Virus record (IMG/VR): IMGVR_UViG_3300042946_001661
Location: 19,589-83,588 of that record
Source of the DNA: a virus
Length of the DNA: 64,000 bases
Strand: one strand, 5' to 3'
The notes under the pieces are model-generated. The model was not told the origin of the DNA and searched no databases. It saw nothing but the letters and a program-made list of their open reading frames with translations. The position numbers and the translations under genes were made by a program. Each line of letters begins with the position of its first letter. The stretch's first letter is position 1. Below are positions 9,255-17,480 of this stretch, one piece after another.

Positions 9255-10929
9255 CTTTTTCCTTTTTTCTAAGAACTACTATTCTGTAGTCGTCTTCTTT
9301 ATTAACAGTACTTTTTTTGAAAAAATTTCTTGGTCCAGTGCTAGCTATTGTGTATGTCTTGAAGCCTTTGCTTGGGGCACTTAATCTTACTCTAAGCAAA
9401 CTTCCAGGAACTAATTCATTTTGAAAATTAGCATAATCATCTTTCCATACATTTATAAGACCTTCATCACAATTACAATCTTCTGCTTTTACCTGATAGT
9501 ATTCTGCCTTTTTACCTTTCTTTTTACTACAAGATATTACCTCTATTTCCACAGGAAGAGTATCTCCAGAATCAGGCTCTAGTGTGTCGAAGGTTAATCC
9601 TCCCCTATAATCCGGACTGTCCTTTACATTACTGTGCCAAGCAAATCCATAATACTTCTTTTCACAGGCTACTAAATCATCAAATTCTTTTTTCAAGTTT
9701 TTATCAATTTTAGAATCATCAATAACAAAACCTTCTAGTCTAGGTTTCTCCAAATCTTCTTTATCTTCATATCTTTTTTTGGCAGTCTGTATCTTGTTAA
9801 TCATTTTACATATGTTTTTCCAAGCATCTTTGTTATTAATAATAAGTTTTAAATATCTCTTTTTCCAATCATCACATGATTTACTGCCAATTTTCAAAGA
9901 ATCTAAATCAATATAGTCTATCTCCCCACTAACTACTTTATTTTTAATAAAATCAGTATTCTCTGCCTCCTTGATCATTGAATAAAGAATCTCTTTATTT
10001 TTTTTTGCTGTATTTGCATACCTTTTTTTTCTATCTTGATTTTTCTTTATATAATCTTTATATTTTTCAGAGAACATAAAAAGAGTGTAAGGATCCGAAT
10101 CGGAGAAGCACCTAAGAGAAAGTAATGGCTTTAATACACTAGAATCTGTTCCGAATCTTTCAACAAAATCTTCAAAGTTTTTATATGGCTGTCTCTTTAC
10201 TATTTCTTTTGCTATAGGCTCTCCTATTCCTTTTATATTAGAAAAACCAAAATAAATATCATCTCCTATAAGGCTGAAGTTTTCTTTAGACAAATTAATA
10301 TCAACAGGCTTTAAATCTATTTTATGCTTAGTTATTTCTTTTCTATATTCTTTAATTTTATCGGCATCATTTTCACATGTTAAAATTGCAGTATAAAACT
10401 CATGAGGAAAATGAGACTTTAAATATAAAAGTCTTGAACTAATATGAGTATAACATACTGCATGACTTTTATTGAAGCCATATTCTGCAAAACTTTCAAT
10501 AAGTTTCCATAAATTTTCTAATTCTTCTTCAGAAGAATCCAAGTTCTTTTTTCCATTATTAATAAATGTTTCTTTGTATTTAATAAACTGTTCTACTTTT
10601 TTCTTACTAATAGCCTTTCTTACAGCTTCAACATCTCTCATTGGAATATTTCCAACCATGTTCAATATTTTCATTACTTGTTCTTGGTATACAATTACCC
10701 CATAAGTATCTTTTAATATTTCGTTTAAAATAGGATGTAATTTATATTCTTCTCTGCCTCTTTTTCTTTCTATGAATCTTTCATGCATTTTACAGTTATG
10801 AACAACAATATCTTGAGCAATAAAATTAGGCTCATCGATATAAAGATCATCTTCAATGATTAAAGAAATATCATAACATTCATCTTCGTCAACTTTTTCT
10901 ATAGAAATTATTTCATCATAATCAATCAT
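9232..10929 (-). CDS. dnaE: DNA polymerase III alpha, C-terminal piece (fingers/HhH/OB) preceded by split intein C-fragment
   Basis: IntC ends VVHN|C; then TYGVIVYQEQVM, FAEYGFNKSHA, GFSNIKGIG, EKKYYGF, OB-like tail. Confidence 0.92.
   Translation of the reverse strand: MIDYDEIISIEKVDEDECYDISLIIEDDLYIDEPNFIAQDIVVHNCKMHERFIERKRGREEYKLHPILNEILKDTYGVIVYQEQVMKILNMVGNIPMRDVEAVRKAISKKKVEQFIKYKETFINNGKKNLDSSEEELENLWKLIESFAEYGFNKSHAVCYTHISSRLLYLKSHFPHEFYTAILTCENDADKIKEYRKEITKHKIDLKPVDINLSKENFSLIGDDIYFGFSNIKGIGEPIAKEIVKRQPYKNFEDFVERFGTDSSVLKPLLSLRCFSDSDPYTLFMFSEKYKDYIKKNQDRKKRYANTAKKNKEILYSMIKEAENTDFIKNKVVSGEIDYIDLDSLKIGSKSCDDWKKRYLKLIINNKDAWKNICKMINKIQTAKKRYEDKEDLEKPRLEGFVIDDSKIDKNLKKEFDDLVACEKKYYGFAWHSNVKDSPDYRGGLTFDTLEPDSGDTLPVEIEVISCSKKKGKKAEYYQVKAEDCNCDEGLINVWKDDYANFQNELVPGSLLRVRLSAPSKGFKTYTIASTGPRNFFKKSTVNKEDDYRIVVLRKKEKDEQRVDN
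10795..10929 (-). mobile_element. split intein C-fragment (IntC, 45 aa)
   Basis: DEIISIE...CYDI...PNFIAQDIVVHN followed by +1 Cys (10794-10792). Confidence 0.9.
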
Positions 10930-11935
10930 TTTTTATACTTTCAAAAAAATTAATAACCCTTTTGTCGTTGCGAAACTTTTTTCTACTCATGTTACAATCA
11001 TTGAACTGCCAGTAATGAAAAAGAAAATTATTTTCTATCGCATAACTTTCACCAGCCTTTAATTTTGCTTCAGATTTTTCGGCATCAATTTGATAAACAT
11101 ATCCTGATTTTAACTCTACTAAAAATTTTTCATTAATTAAAAAATCCGGAAAATATTTTTTATTTTTGCCGCAATAATTATAAGCAATACAACAAGGTGT
11201 TGCAAACCAAGATTTAACATATGGGGAATCATCTAGTAGTTCGGAGAGCCATAATTCAAGTCTCGATCTAAGAAAAAAATCACAATTCATTTTTTTTGAA
11301 TAGAATGACTTGCCTGTGCTACTAAATACATAGTCAGGATGAACTTTTCGATAATTATTATTACAGTCTTTAGAGCAAAATTTAATTTTAGGTCTTGGCT
11401 TTCCTCCAACCCATATAATAATTTGTTTATCACAAAATGCACAATTACTATATTTGGCTTTGCCTTTAGCCAAAGGGTATAATCTCTGGTAGTCTTCGGG
11501 TGTCCGCTTTTCTCTCAATTGTTTAAGCTTTTCATTCCCGGCAGATGTGAAAGCAAATAATAATTTTTTTCTTTCTTCGGGAGAAACAGATTTAACCTTA
11601 CTAACCCAAGCGTCTGACGCCATTTTAACAACTTTTTTTCTAGTCTCTGGTTTGAGGATATCTCCTTTTTCATATGCTTTTTTCATACGCTCAGATCTAT
11701 TTTTTTTAACATGTGCTTGATTGCTATAATCTTTGACTTTTTTAGCAATTGAAAATACAGTCTCATTAGATTCTTTGGTTTCACCTTTATTCCAAACATC
11801 GGGTATTTGATTTTTATATTCTTCTGTTTGCTCGGGAAACATTTGCAAATACTTCGTTTTTTTAATTTTATGAGACGAGTTTAAATGTCTGTAAAATTTG
11901 TCTGAAATTTCTCTATTGCATAATTTACATATCAT
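10922..11935 (-). CDS. free-standing putative homing endonuclease (Zn finger/NUMOD-like arm plus TnsA-N-like PD-(D/E)XK domain)
   Basis: CxxC..H...H, WNKG, CAFC..FCSKDC, RSRLE...YFPDF...VELK; lies between the intein halves. Confidence 0.72.
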   Translation of the reverse strand: MICKLCNREISDKFYRHLNSSHKIKKTKYLQMFPEQTEEYKNQIPDVWNKGETKESNETVFSIAKKVKDYSNQAHVKKNRSERMKKAYEKGDILKPETRKKVVKMASDAWVSKVKSVSPEERKKLLFAFTSAGNEKLKQLREKRTPEDYQRLYPLAKGKAKYSNCAFCDKQIIIWVGGKPRPKIKFCSKDCNNNYRKVHPDYVFSSTGKSFYSKKMNCDFFLRSRLELWLSELLDDSPYVKSWFATPCCIAYNYCGKNKKYFPDFLINEKFLVELKSGYVYQIDAEKSEAKLKAGESYAIENNFLFHYWQFNDCNMSRKKFRNDKRVINFFESIKND

Positions 11936-11973
11936 TGTAGCCTCCAGGACTATTCAATAATATGTAGGAGATT

Positions 11974-13287
11974 TTATTTTAATTTTTTAGCAATTTTTTG
12001 CCCAACAGATAATTTTTCGGCTTCAATAAATTCATCTTTATCGGTAAGGATTTTATGTTCATTTGAACACAAAATTACTTTTCCAGATTTAGTTTTAATT
12101 TTTAATAATTTTTTATAACCAGTTTTTATTAAAATAAATTTTTCAGTATATTTAATTTTCTTTTTTTTACTTAAATAGGCAATTTTATCTAACCCAGGCT
12201 TCAAATCTTTTATTTTTTTATATCCAAGATTTGTATTAACTTTTACATCTTTTTGAAGACAATTCAAAGGACCTGGACGATATAATGATGAGTAGGCAAC
12301 AAGATCTTCAAATCTTGTAACACCACCAGCTTTAGCTAATGATCTAATACCTGGGCTATCAAACTGAAAGATACATTTAAGGTCTCCTTCATTAGCCATT
12401 TCTAGGGATTTTAAATCATTCCTATACTCATCTATGTTGCTCCAATTGCCTTGACCAGGAAATGCACATATTTTATCAATACCTTTTCTATCTTTTATAA
12501 GCTTACAACACTTTGCAATCTGAAGAAGATTACTGATCACAAGCAAATCAAATTTAACAAGTCCTACTGGCTGTAGATCTTGTCCATGAAGACCTTCTAC
12601 CCAAGCACTTGCCTGAGGGCTATCTTTTCTTTTTATAAGAGGAACAAGATCGGTTAAAGGAATAGAGCTTACAATCAAACCTCCAGCATGTATACCTGTC
12701 CCTCTGTTTCTATTAATTAGTTTTTGAGCAGCCTTTGCTATATCTGGGTGTTCTTCGCAGTATTTCTTAAGCATAGGATCAGTTTTCATAGCTGAATCCC
12801 ATGTGAGAACTTTTCCTTCATCATCTTTTGTTTGAAGATTTGTTGTTAAAGCGAGTATTTCTCCTCTTTCTTCTCCGTGAACTCTAACCATATCGATAAG
12901 AGAGGATTTAATACCAAAAGTAGTATAGTTTCCTATATTACAGACATATTGCTCTCCAAATGTTTTAGGAGCCCATTCATTCTTTAAAAAATCACGAACA
13001 GCAGGAATAAAATCCACATCGATATCCGGAGAATCACCTTGTACATAATTTGGATCTTTTTCTATATCAAAATTTGGTACTATTTCTAGTAGCCAACACA
13101 CCAAAAGATTATTTTCATTATCTGGATAATTTACATTTCTGGTCACCATATCTAGAAAGTAATTTTCCTTATTTTGAGAAATTATCTCTTGTTTTTCCCA
13201 TTCTAATCTTTTTTGATATCTTTTATCTTCATACAATCCTTTTTCTTTTAATTTTTCTTCACAAATTTTAAATATGTTTGATTTCAT
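11974..13287 (-). CDS. dnaE: DNA polymerase III alpha, middle piece (palm Asp residues, thumb) fused to split intein N-fragment
   Basis: PDIDVDF, GIHAGG, VKFDLL, IFQF, LYRPGPLN|CL... Confidence 0.92.
   Translation of the reverse strand: MKSNIFKICEEKLKEKGLYEDKRYQKRLEWEKQEIISQNKENYFLDMVTRNVNYPDNENNLLVCWLLEIVPNFDIEKDPNYVQGDSPDIDVDFIPAVRDFLKNEWAPKTFGEQYVCNIGNYTTFGIKSSLIDMVRVHGEERGEILALTTNLQTKDDEGKVLTWDSAMKTDPMLKKYCEEHPDIAKAAQKLINRNRGTGIHAGGLIVSSIPLTDLVPLIKRKDSPQASAWVEGLHGQDLQPVGLVKFDLLVISNLLQIAKCCKLIKDRKGIDKICAFPGQGNWSNIDEYRNDLKSLEMANEGDLKCIFQFDSPGIRSLAKAGGVTRFEDLVAYSSLYRPGPLNCLQKDVKVNTNLGYKKIKDLKPGLDKIAYLSKKKKIKYTEKFILIKTGYKKLLKIKTKSGKVILCSNEHKILTDKDEFIEAEKLSVGQKIAKKLK
11977..12261 (-). mobile_element. 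split intein N-fragment (IntN, 95 aa)
   Basis: Block A CLQKDVKVNT..G...IKDL; block B ILCSNEHKILT; ends L..G.KI then stop. Confidence 0.9.
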
Positions 13288-13311
13288 AAAAATATTTTTA
13301 TTACTCTATAT

Positions 13312-13319
13312 TATATATA
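13312..13319. promoter_or_regulatory. palindromic TATATATA box between divergent dnaE-middle and LAGLIDADG genes
   Basis: Same box as other late sites, but in a very AT-rich context. Confidence 0.4.
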
Positions 13320-13346
13320 GATTATCTACTCACATCAAGGACATAT

Positions 13347-14441
13347 ATGAAAAAATCAATGAAAAAAGCAATTCTTATTTACAAAGAAGGAAAATCAATA
13401 GAAAAGTCCGCAGCTGAAGCGGAAGTATCTTTTCAAGGACTTCAATATCAACTTAAAAAACTTGGTTTAACAAGAAGTGCCGAAGAAGCCGCTCACAAGA
13501 GCTATACATCAGAGAGTTTAAAAGAAGCATTGAGTCTTTACGAAAATGGAAAAAGTTTAAATGAAGTTAATAAAATAACAAAGGTTTCTCTACACACATT
13601 GAGAAAAGAAATAAAAAGATTAAAAATATCAAAAAAGAAAATTATTAAATATGATCATATATTAGAAAAATCAATAGATTTATACTTATCAGGATTATCC
13701 ACCATAAAGGTAAAAAATATAACTGGTATAGGGCTTGGCAAGTTAACAAAAAATCTTAAAAAAAGAGGGCTTATTCGTAGTAATAAAATAAATTCAAGAA
13801 AATATCATGTAAATTATGATTTTTTTAAAAATATAGATAATGAACACAAAGCGTATTGGCTTGGTTTTATTTATGCTGACGGTTACATTAGCCGAATAAA
13901 TAAAAATAAAAAAATTGGAATATCATTAAACATAAAAGATATGGATCATCTAGAGGTTTTTAAAAAACAAATTAATGCTACATATCCAATAAATATTTAT
14001 AAGTCGAAGTCTTTTGGAGGAGTAGAAATAGAATATTGCAGACTACTTATTACTTCAGATCAATTGTTTGATGATTTAATTGACAAAGGAGTTTTCGAAA
14101 AAAAGACATTAATATTAAAATTTCCAAATGAATCTATAGTTCCAAAAAACTTACAACATCATTTTATAAGAGGATATTTTGATGGTGATGGATCTTTCAA
14201 AAAAAGTAATGGTAAATATTATGTTTTTAATCTATGTGGTACAAAAGAATTTCTACTAAAATGTCAAGAAATACTTCATAAAAATACAAAACTAGAAAAA
14301 AGGCACAAGGATAATAAAAACAACTATAGTTTTTCGATAGGAGGCAGATTACAAGCCAAAAAAATAGGTGATTACTTATACAAGAATGCTACTGTATACT
14401 TAGAAAGAAAATATAACAGATATAAAGAAATGTGTTTTTAA
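13347..14441 (+). CDS. LAGLIDADG homing endonuclease with N-terminal HTH repeats
   Basis: AYWLGFIYADG and FIRGYFDGDG motifs; three HTH-like repeats. Confidence 0.9.
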   Translation: MKKSMKKAILIYKEGKSIEKSAAEAEVSFQGLQYQLKKLGLTRSAEEAAHKSYTSESLKEALSLYENGKSLNEVNKITKVSLHTLRKEIKRLKISKKKIIKYDHILEKSIDLYLSGLSTIKVKNITGIGLGKLTKNLKKRGLIRSNKINSRKYHVNYDFFKNIDNEHKAYWLGFIYADGYISRINKNKKIGISLNIKDMDHLEVFKKQINATYPINIYKSKSFGGVEIEYCRLLITSDQLFDDLIDKGVFEKKTLILKFPNESIVPKNLQHHFIRGYFDGDGSFKKSNGKYYVFNLCGTKEFLLKCQEILHKNTKLEKRHKDNKNNYSFSIGGRLQAKKIGDYLYKNATVYLERKYNRYKEMCF

Positions 14442-14465
14442 TTAAATAAAATTTTAGTACAGATG

Positions 14466-14473
14466 TATAAATA
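14466..14473 (+). promoter_or_regulatory. T4-type late promoter TATAAATA
   Basis: Exact consensus followed by AGGAG and ATG 14490. Confidence 0.65.
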
Positions 14474-14489
14474 TAATCAAAGGAGTAAA

Positions 14490-14663
14490 ATGAAAGTAGA
14501 CAAGAAAAACGCCATGATTGGCGGAGTCTGTGCTGGTTTGTCGGATTCAACTGGGATACCGACTGCGGTTTTTAGGCTTGCTTTTCTATTTGCATTTTTA
14601 CTTGCTGGGATGGGTCCTATAATTTATATCATTTTATGGATCATGATGCAAACAAAAGAATAA
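14490..14663 (+). CDS. PspC-domain membrane protein
   Basis: MIGGVCAGL....GI....RL.F ... YIILWI.M signature. Confidence 0.88.
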   Translation: MKVDKKNAMIGGVCAGLSDSTGIPTAVFRLAFLFAFLLAGMGPIIYIILWIMMQTKE

Positions 14664-14673
14664 TGGAGAAAAA

Positions 14674-15621
14674 ATGCCTTTCAAAAAATTTAATGAATTC
14701 TTAAACGAACAAAAGAAAAATAAGAAGACTAAAAAAAGTGATAAAAAGGCATTAGGAATTAGTGGCGATAAGTCTCTTGTTTATAAACCAAAAGTTCATA
14801 AATATGATAAAATTAAAGACAAGGGACTCGGAAATATTGGAGATGAAAAAAACATCTACGAACCAGACACAGGTCCAGAGCTACAGAAAAAAGCTCCAGA
14901 ATGGCATAAAACAAACATTAAAGAATGGTTAAACAAAACAAAAAAATTATCTGTTTCTGAATTTGCAAAAAAAATTCAAGAAGAAAAAAGTGTAAAAGTA
15001 AATATTAATAAAATAAAAAATGCTGAAGATCTTATTGGCAATTTTGTAGAAACATTAAAAAGCAATCCAAAATTAATAGAGGTTGCATCAAGAGAGTTTA
15101 ACAGATCCGGATTACTTGAAGGTTTTATTGTAGAGCTCAGTAAAATAAAAAGATCAAAAAGAATACACGAATCAATTAGTGAGCCTGTTGGGTTTGAAGA
15201 CGAAGAAGGCATGGAAGGCATGGAAGATGAAGAAGGCATGGAAGGCATGGAAGATGAAGAAGGCATGGAAGATGAAGAAGGCATGGAAGATGAAGAAGGC
15301 ATGGAAGACGAAGAAGGCATGGAAGACGAAGAAGGCATGGAAGACGAAGAAGGCATGGAAGACGAAGAAGGCATGGAAGACGAAGAAGGCATGGAAGACG
15401 AAGAAGAAGGTTATAGACGCCATCGTCATCGTCACCATCATCATGACGAAGAAGATGATGAGTTTGGGGACGAAGAAATGGAAGATGAAGATGATAGCGA
15501 AAATTTAGATAGCGATGATCTTGAGGATCATGGTTATAATAAAAACCAAGATATGGAAGATGATTCGCCCCTAGGGAGAAGATCTGGCATGCGTAGGGAT
15601 TATTTTTCAGACGAAATTTAA
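14674..15621 (+). CDS. acidic repeat protein with capsid-targeting-like N-terminus (putative internal head/scaffold protein)
   Basis: MPFKKFNEFLNE start, EDEEGM repeats, His/Arg patch. Confidence 0.7.
   Translation: MPFKKFNEFLNEQKKNKKTKKSDKKALGISGDKSLVYKPKVHKYDKIKDKGLGNIGDEKNIYEPDTGPELQKKAPEWHKTNIKEWLNKTKKLSVSEFAKKIQEEKSVKVNINKIKNAEDLIGNFVETLKSNPKLIEVASREFNRSGLLEGFIVELSKIKRSKRIHESISEPVGFEDEEGMEGMEDEEGMEGMEDEEGMEDEEGMEDEEGMEDEEGMEDEEGMEDEEGMEDEEGMEDEEGMEDEEEGYRRHRHRHHHHDEEDDEFGDEEMEDEDDSENLDSDDLEDHGYNKNQDMEDDSPLGRRSGMRRDYFSDEI
15196..15408 (+). repeat. 18-nt coding tandem repeat GAAGAYGAAGAAGGCATG x10 plus two 9-nt half units
   Basis: Directly visible; encodes EDEEGM. Confidence 0.95.
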
Positions 15622-15655
15622 AAAATAAACAATTAACAATTAACAATTATAATTT

Positions 15656-15835
15656 ATGAAAAGTTTTAAACAATTCAAAGAAGAAAAAGAAAAAGAAGAA
15701 CTAAAAAATAATGATAGGGTAGCAAAAGCTATAAAAATGGGAAATGCCGCGGGCAGTCTTCCACTTAGCTCTCATAAAGAACGAAACGAACGAAGAAAAG
15801 ACAACATCCCGTCGAAGTACTACAAAGGAAAGTGA
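15656..15835 (+). CDS. 59 aa protein MKSFKQFKEE... (not in ORF track)
   Basis: Translated by hand; has the shared capsid-targeting-like start. Confidence 0.7.
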   Translation: MKSFKQFKEEKEKEELKNNDRVAKAIKMGNAAGSLPLSSHKERNERRKDNIPSKYYKGK

Positions 15836-15849
15836 AATAATTTACTAAA

Positions 15850-17238
15850 TTAATCCTTAAATTCTAAAATCATACTTCTCCCACCTCTAGATTCTGAAAG
15901 AAATCTAGAGAATAGTAAGTCTTCTTTTATAGGATCAACATCCGTTATTCCTAGACAGTAGCATACGAGAGAACCTCCAGCACTCCCTCGACCCGGTCCT
16001 ACTGCATCGCTTCCATCGCCCCATCCTAATATTTCAGGACAAACTCGTCGGGCTTCATCTGTCATCATTTTTTGAATAAGAAAATAACTACTAAATCCTT
16101 TTCTCTTGATTAATGATATCTCTTCTTTTATTCTTGAAGAATATACTTTTGTTTTTGGTAAATTTCTTTTATTAAAACCTTGTACGACCAAATCTCTTAA
16201 TTTGTCATCAGAATTTTCAATATTAGGCAGCTTTAAACTTCTATCGAAGGTCACACCTTTTGCCATTTCGCATATTTTAACTGTATTCTTTTTAGCTTCT
16301 TGAAACAATTCATATGGAATAATATCTTTGTAATCACTTAACCATTTTTCATTAAGCTCTTCTTCACTCTTCATCCAAAGATTAGCATCTTGAAGCTCAA
16401 AAAAATCAACCATTGCATCTTTTTGTTTTGCTTCTTCTATCTCCTTTAAAGTTCTATTTGTTTGAATCATCAACATTAATCTTTGATAATGACTATCTTC
16501 TTTTTTGCAATAATGAACATCACAACTTACGATCAAAGGTAATTTATATCTTTCATGACACTTGATTATAAAAGCGTCATAAGCAAACTGTTTTTTAAAG
16601 TCTAGTAGCATTAATTCTAAATAATAATGCTCTCTACCAAACATTTCCAAATGCTTTTCAAGCATTTGGAATCCAGCTTCTTCTCCACCCTTGTCAAAAG
16701 CTCTACCTATCTCGCTATTATAGCAACAGCTTGTAAAAATAAGACCTTCTCTATGCTTTTTTAATTGTTCGTAATTGACTCTAGGCTTTCTATAGAAGCC
16801 TTTAGTCCAACCCCAACTAGTTAAACGTACTAAATTTTTATAGCCCTCTAAATTGTACGCTATAGCCAGCAAGTGAGGACTAGCTTTAAAAACATCCATC
16901 TCATCTGGAGATAATTCTTTTGTAAAATCTTGAAGATCCTCAAGACCAGAACTTTCTGGTTGTAATGAATTTATATATAATTCTGAAGCAAATATTGGGG
17001 ATAATTTATTTTTATCTTTATGTTTATCACATATCTTATCGCATATTTTAATTTGTCTGGGTACAGCTCCTAACATTCCGTGATCTGAAACTGTTAAGAA
17101 TTTTTGATTAATTTCAACGGCGCGATTACCTGCTTCCTCAACGGTTTGAAAACCATCAAGCAAAGAATAGTCTGTATGGAGGTGAAGATGTTCAAATCCA
17201 ACAATTTCTACCTTATCTTTCATGCAACAACTTTCCAT
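15850..17238 (-). CDS. dnaE: DNA polymerase III alpha, N-terminal piece (PHP domain plus first half of palm)
   Basis: HLHLHTDYSLLDG, SDHG, GFY.KPR, DVHY, GPGRGSAGGSLVCY.LGIT.VDP, LLF.RFL...R; stops before PDxD. Confidence 0.93.
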   Translation of the reverse strand: MESCCMKDKVEIVGFEHLHLHTDYSLLDGFQTVEEAGNRAVEINQKFLTVSDHGMLGAVPRQIKICDKICDKHKDKNKLSPIFASELYINSLQPESSGLEDLQDFTKELSPDEMDVFKASPHLLAIAYNLEGYKNLVRLTSWGWTKGFYRKPRVNYEQLKKHREGLIFTSCCYNSEIGRAFDKGGEEAGFQMLEKHLEMFGREHYYLELMLLDFKKQFAYDAFIIKCHERYKLPLIVSCDVHYCKKEDSHYQRLMLMIQTNRTLKEIEEAKQKDAMVDFFELQDANLWMKSEEELNEKWLSDYKDIIPYELFQEAKKNTVKICEMAKGVTFDRSLKLPNIENSDDKLRDLVVQGFNKRNLPKTKVYSSRIKEEISLIKRKGFSSYFLIQKMMTDEARRVCPEILGWGDGSDAVGPGRGSAGGSLVCYCLGITDVDPIKEDLLFSRFLSESRGGRSMILEFKD

Positions 17239-17405
17239 TCTTTACCAGTAAAAATGTATAACACGTTAAGATTATTGTTAAAATAAAGATCCCCAACTTT
17301 TAAATTTTTTGGAGGTAATCCTACATACACCCCACTATACTGTTTTTTCGAAGTTTTATTTATAAAAGATTCAAATAATTTATTTTTTTCTTTTTTTATA
17401 GCCAT
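17220..17405 (-). CDS. small hypothetical protein
   Basis: GDLYFN...LYIFTG.EW; TGC-TAGAAT 7 nt before ATG 17405. Confidence 0.55.
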   Translation of the reverse strand: MAIKKEKNKLFESFINKTSKKQYSGVYVGLPPKNLKVGDLYFNNNLNVLYIFTGKEWKVVA

Positions 17406-17445
17406 GAATATAATTCTAGCAGAAGGCTGCTGATTTAGCAATCTA

Positions 17446-17473
17446 TTGACTTTTTTAAAAATTTTTGTATCAT
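17446..17473 (+). promoter_or_regulatory. sigma70-type promoter TTGACT-N16-TATCAT, leaderless position
   Basis: -10 box ends 7 nt before ATG 17481. Confidence 0.6.
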
Positions 17474-17480
17474 AAATTAC

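Noticed and set aside
15196-15408. CRISPR array
   Set aside because: Head-to-tail coding repeat with no unique spacers; no cas genes.
14976-15646. Overlapping ORFs 14976-15392, 15172-15444, 15176-15646, 15179-15508
   Set aside because: Shadow frames of the stop-free 18-nt repeat.
13288-15849. Group I/II intron rejoining dnaE pieces 1 and 2
   Set aside because: The interval is filled by four antisense ORFs with almost no non-coding space for a ribozyme core. Piece 2 has its own start and a duplicated N-terminus.
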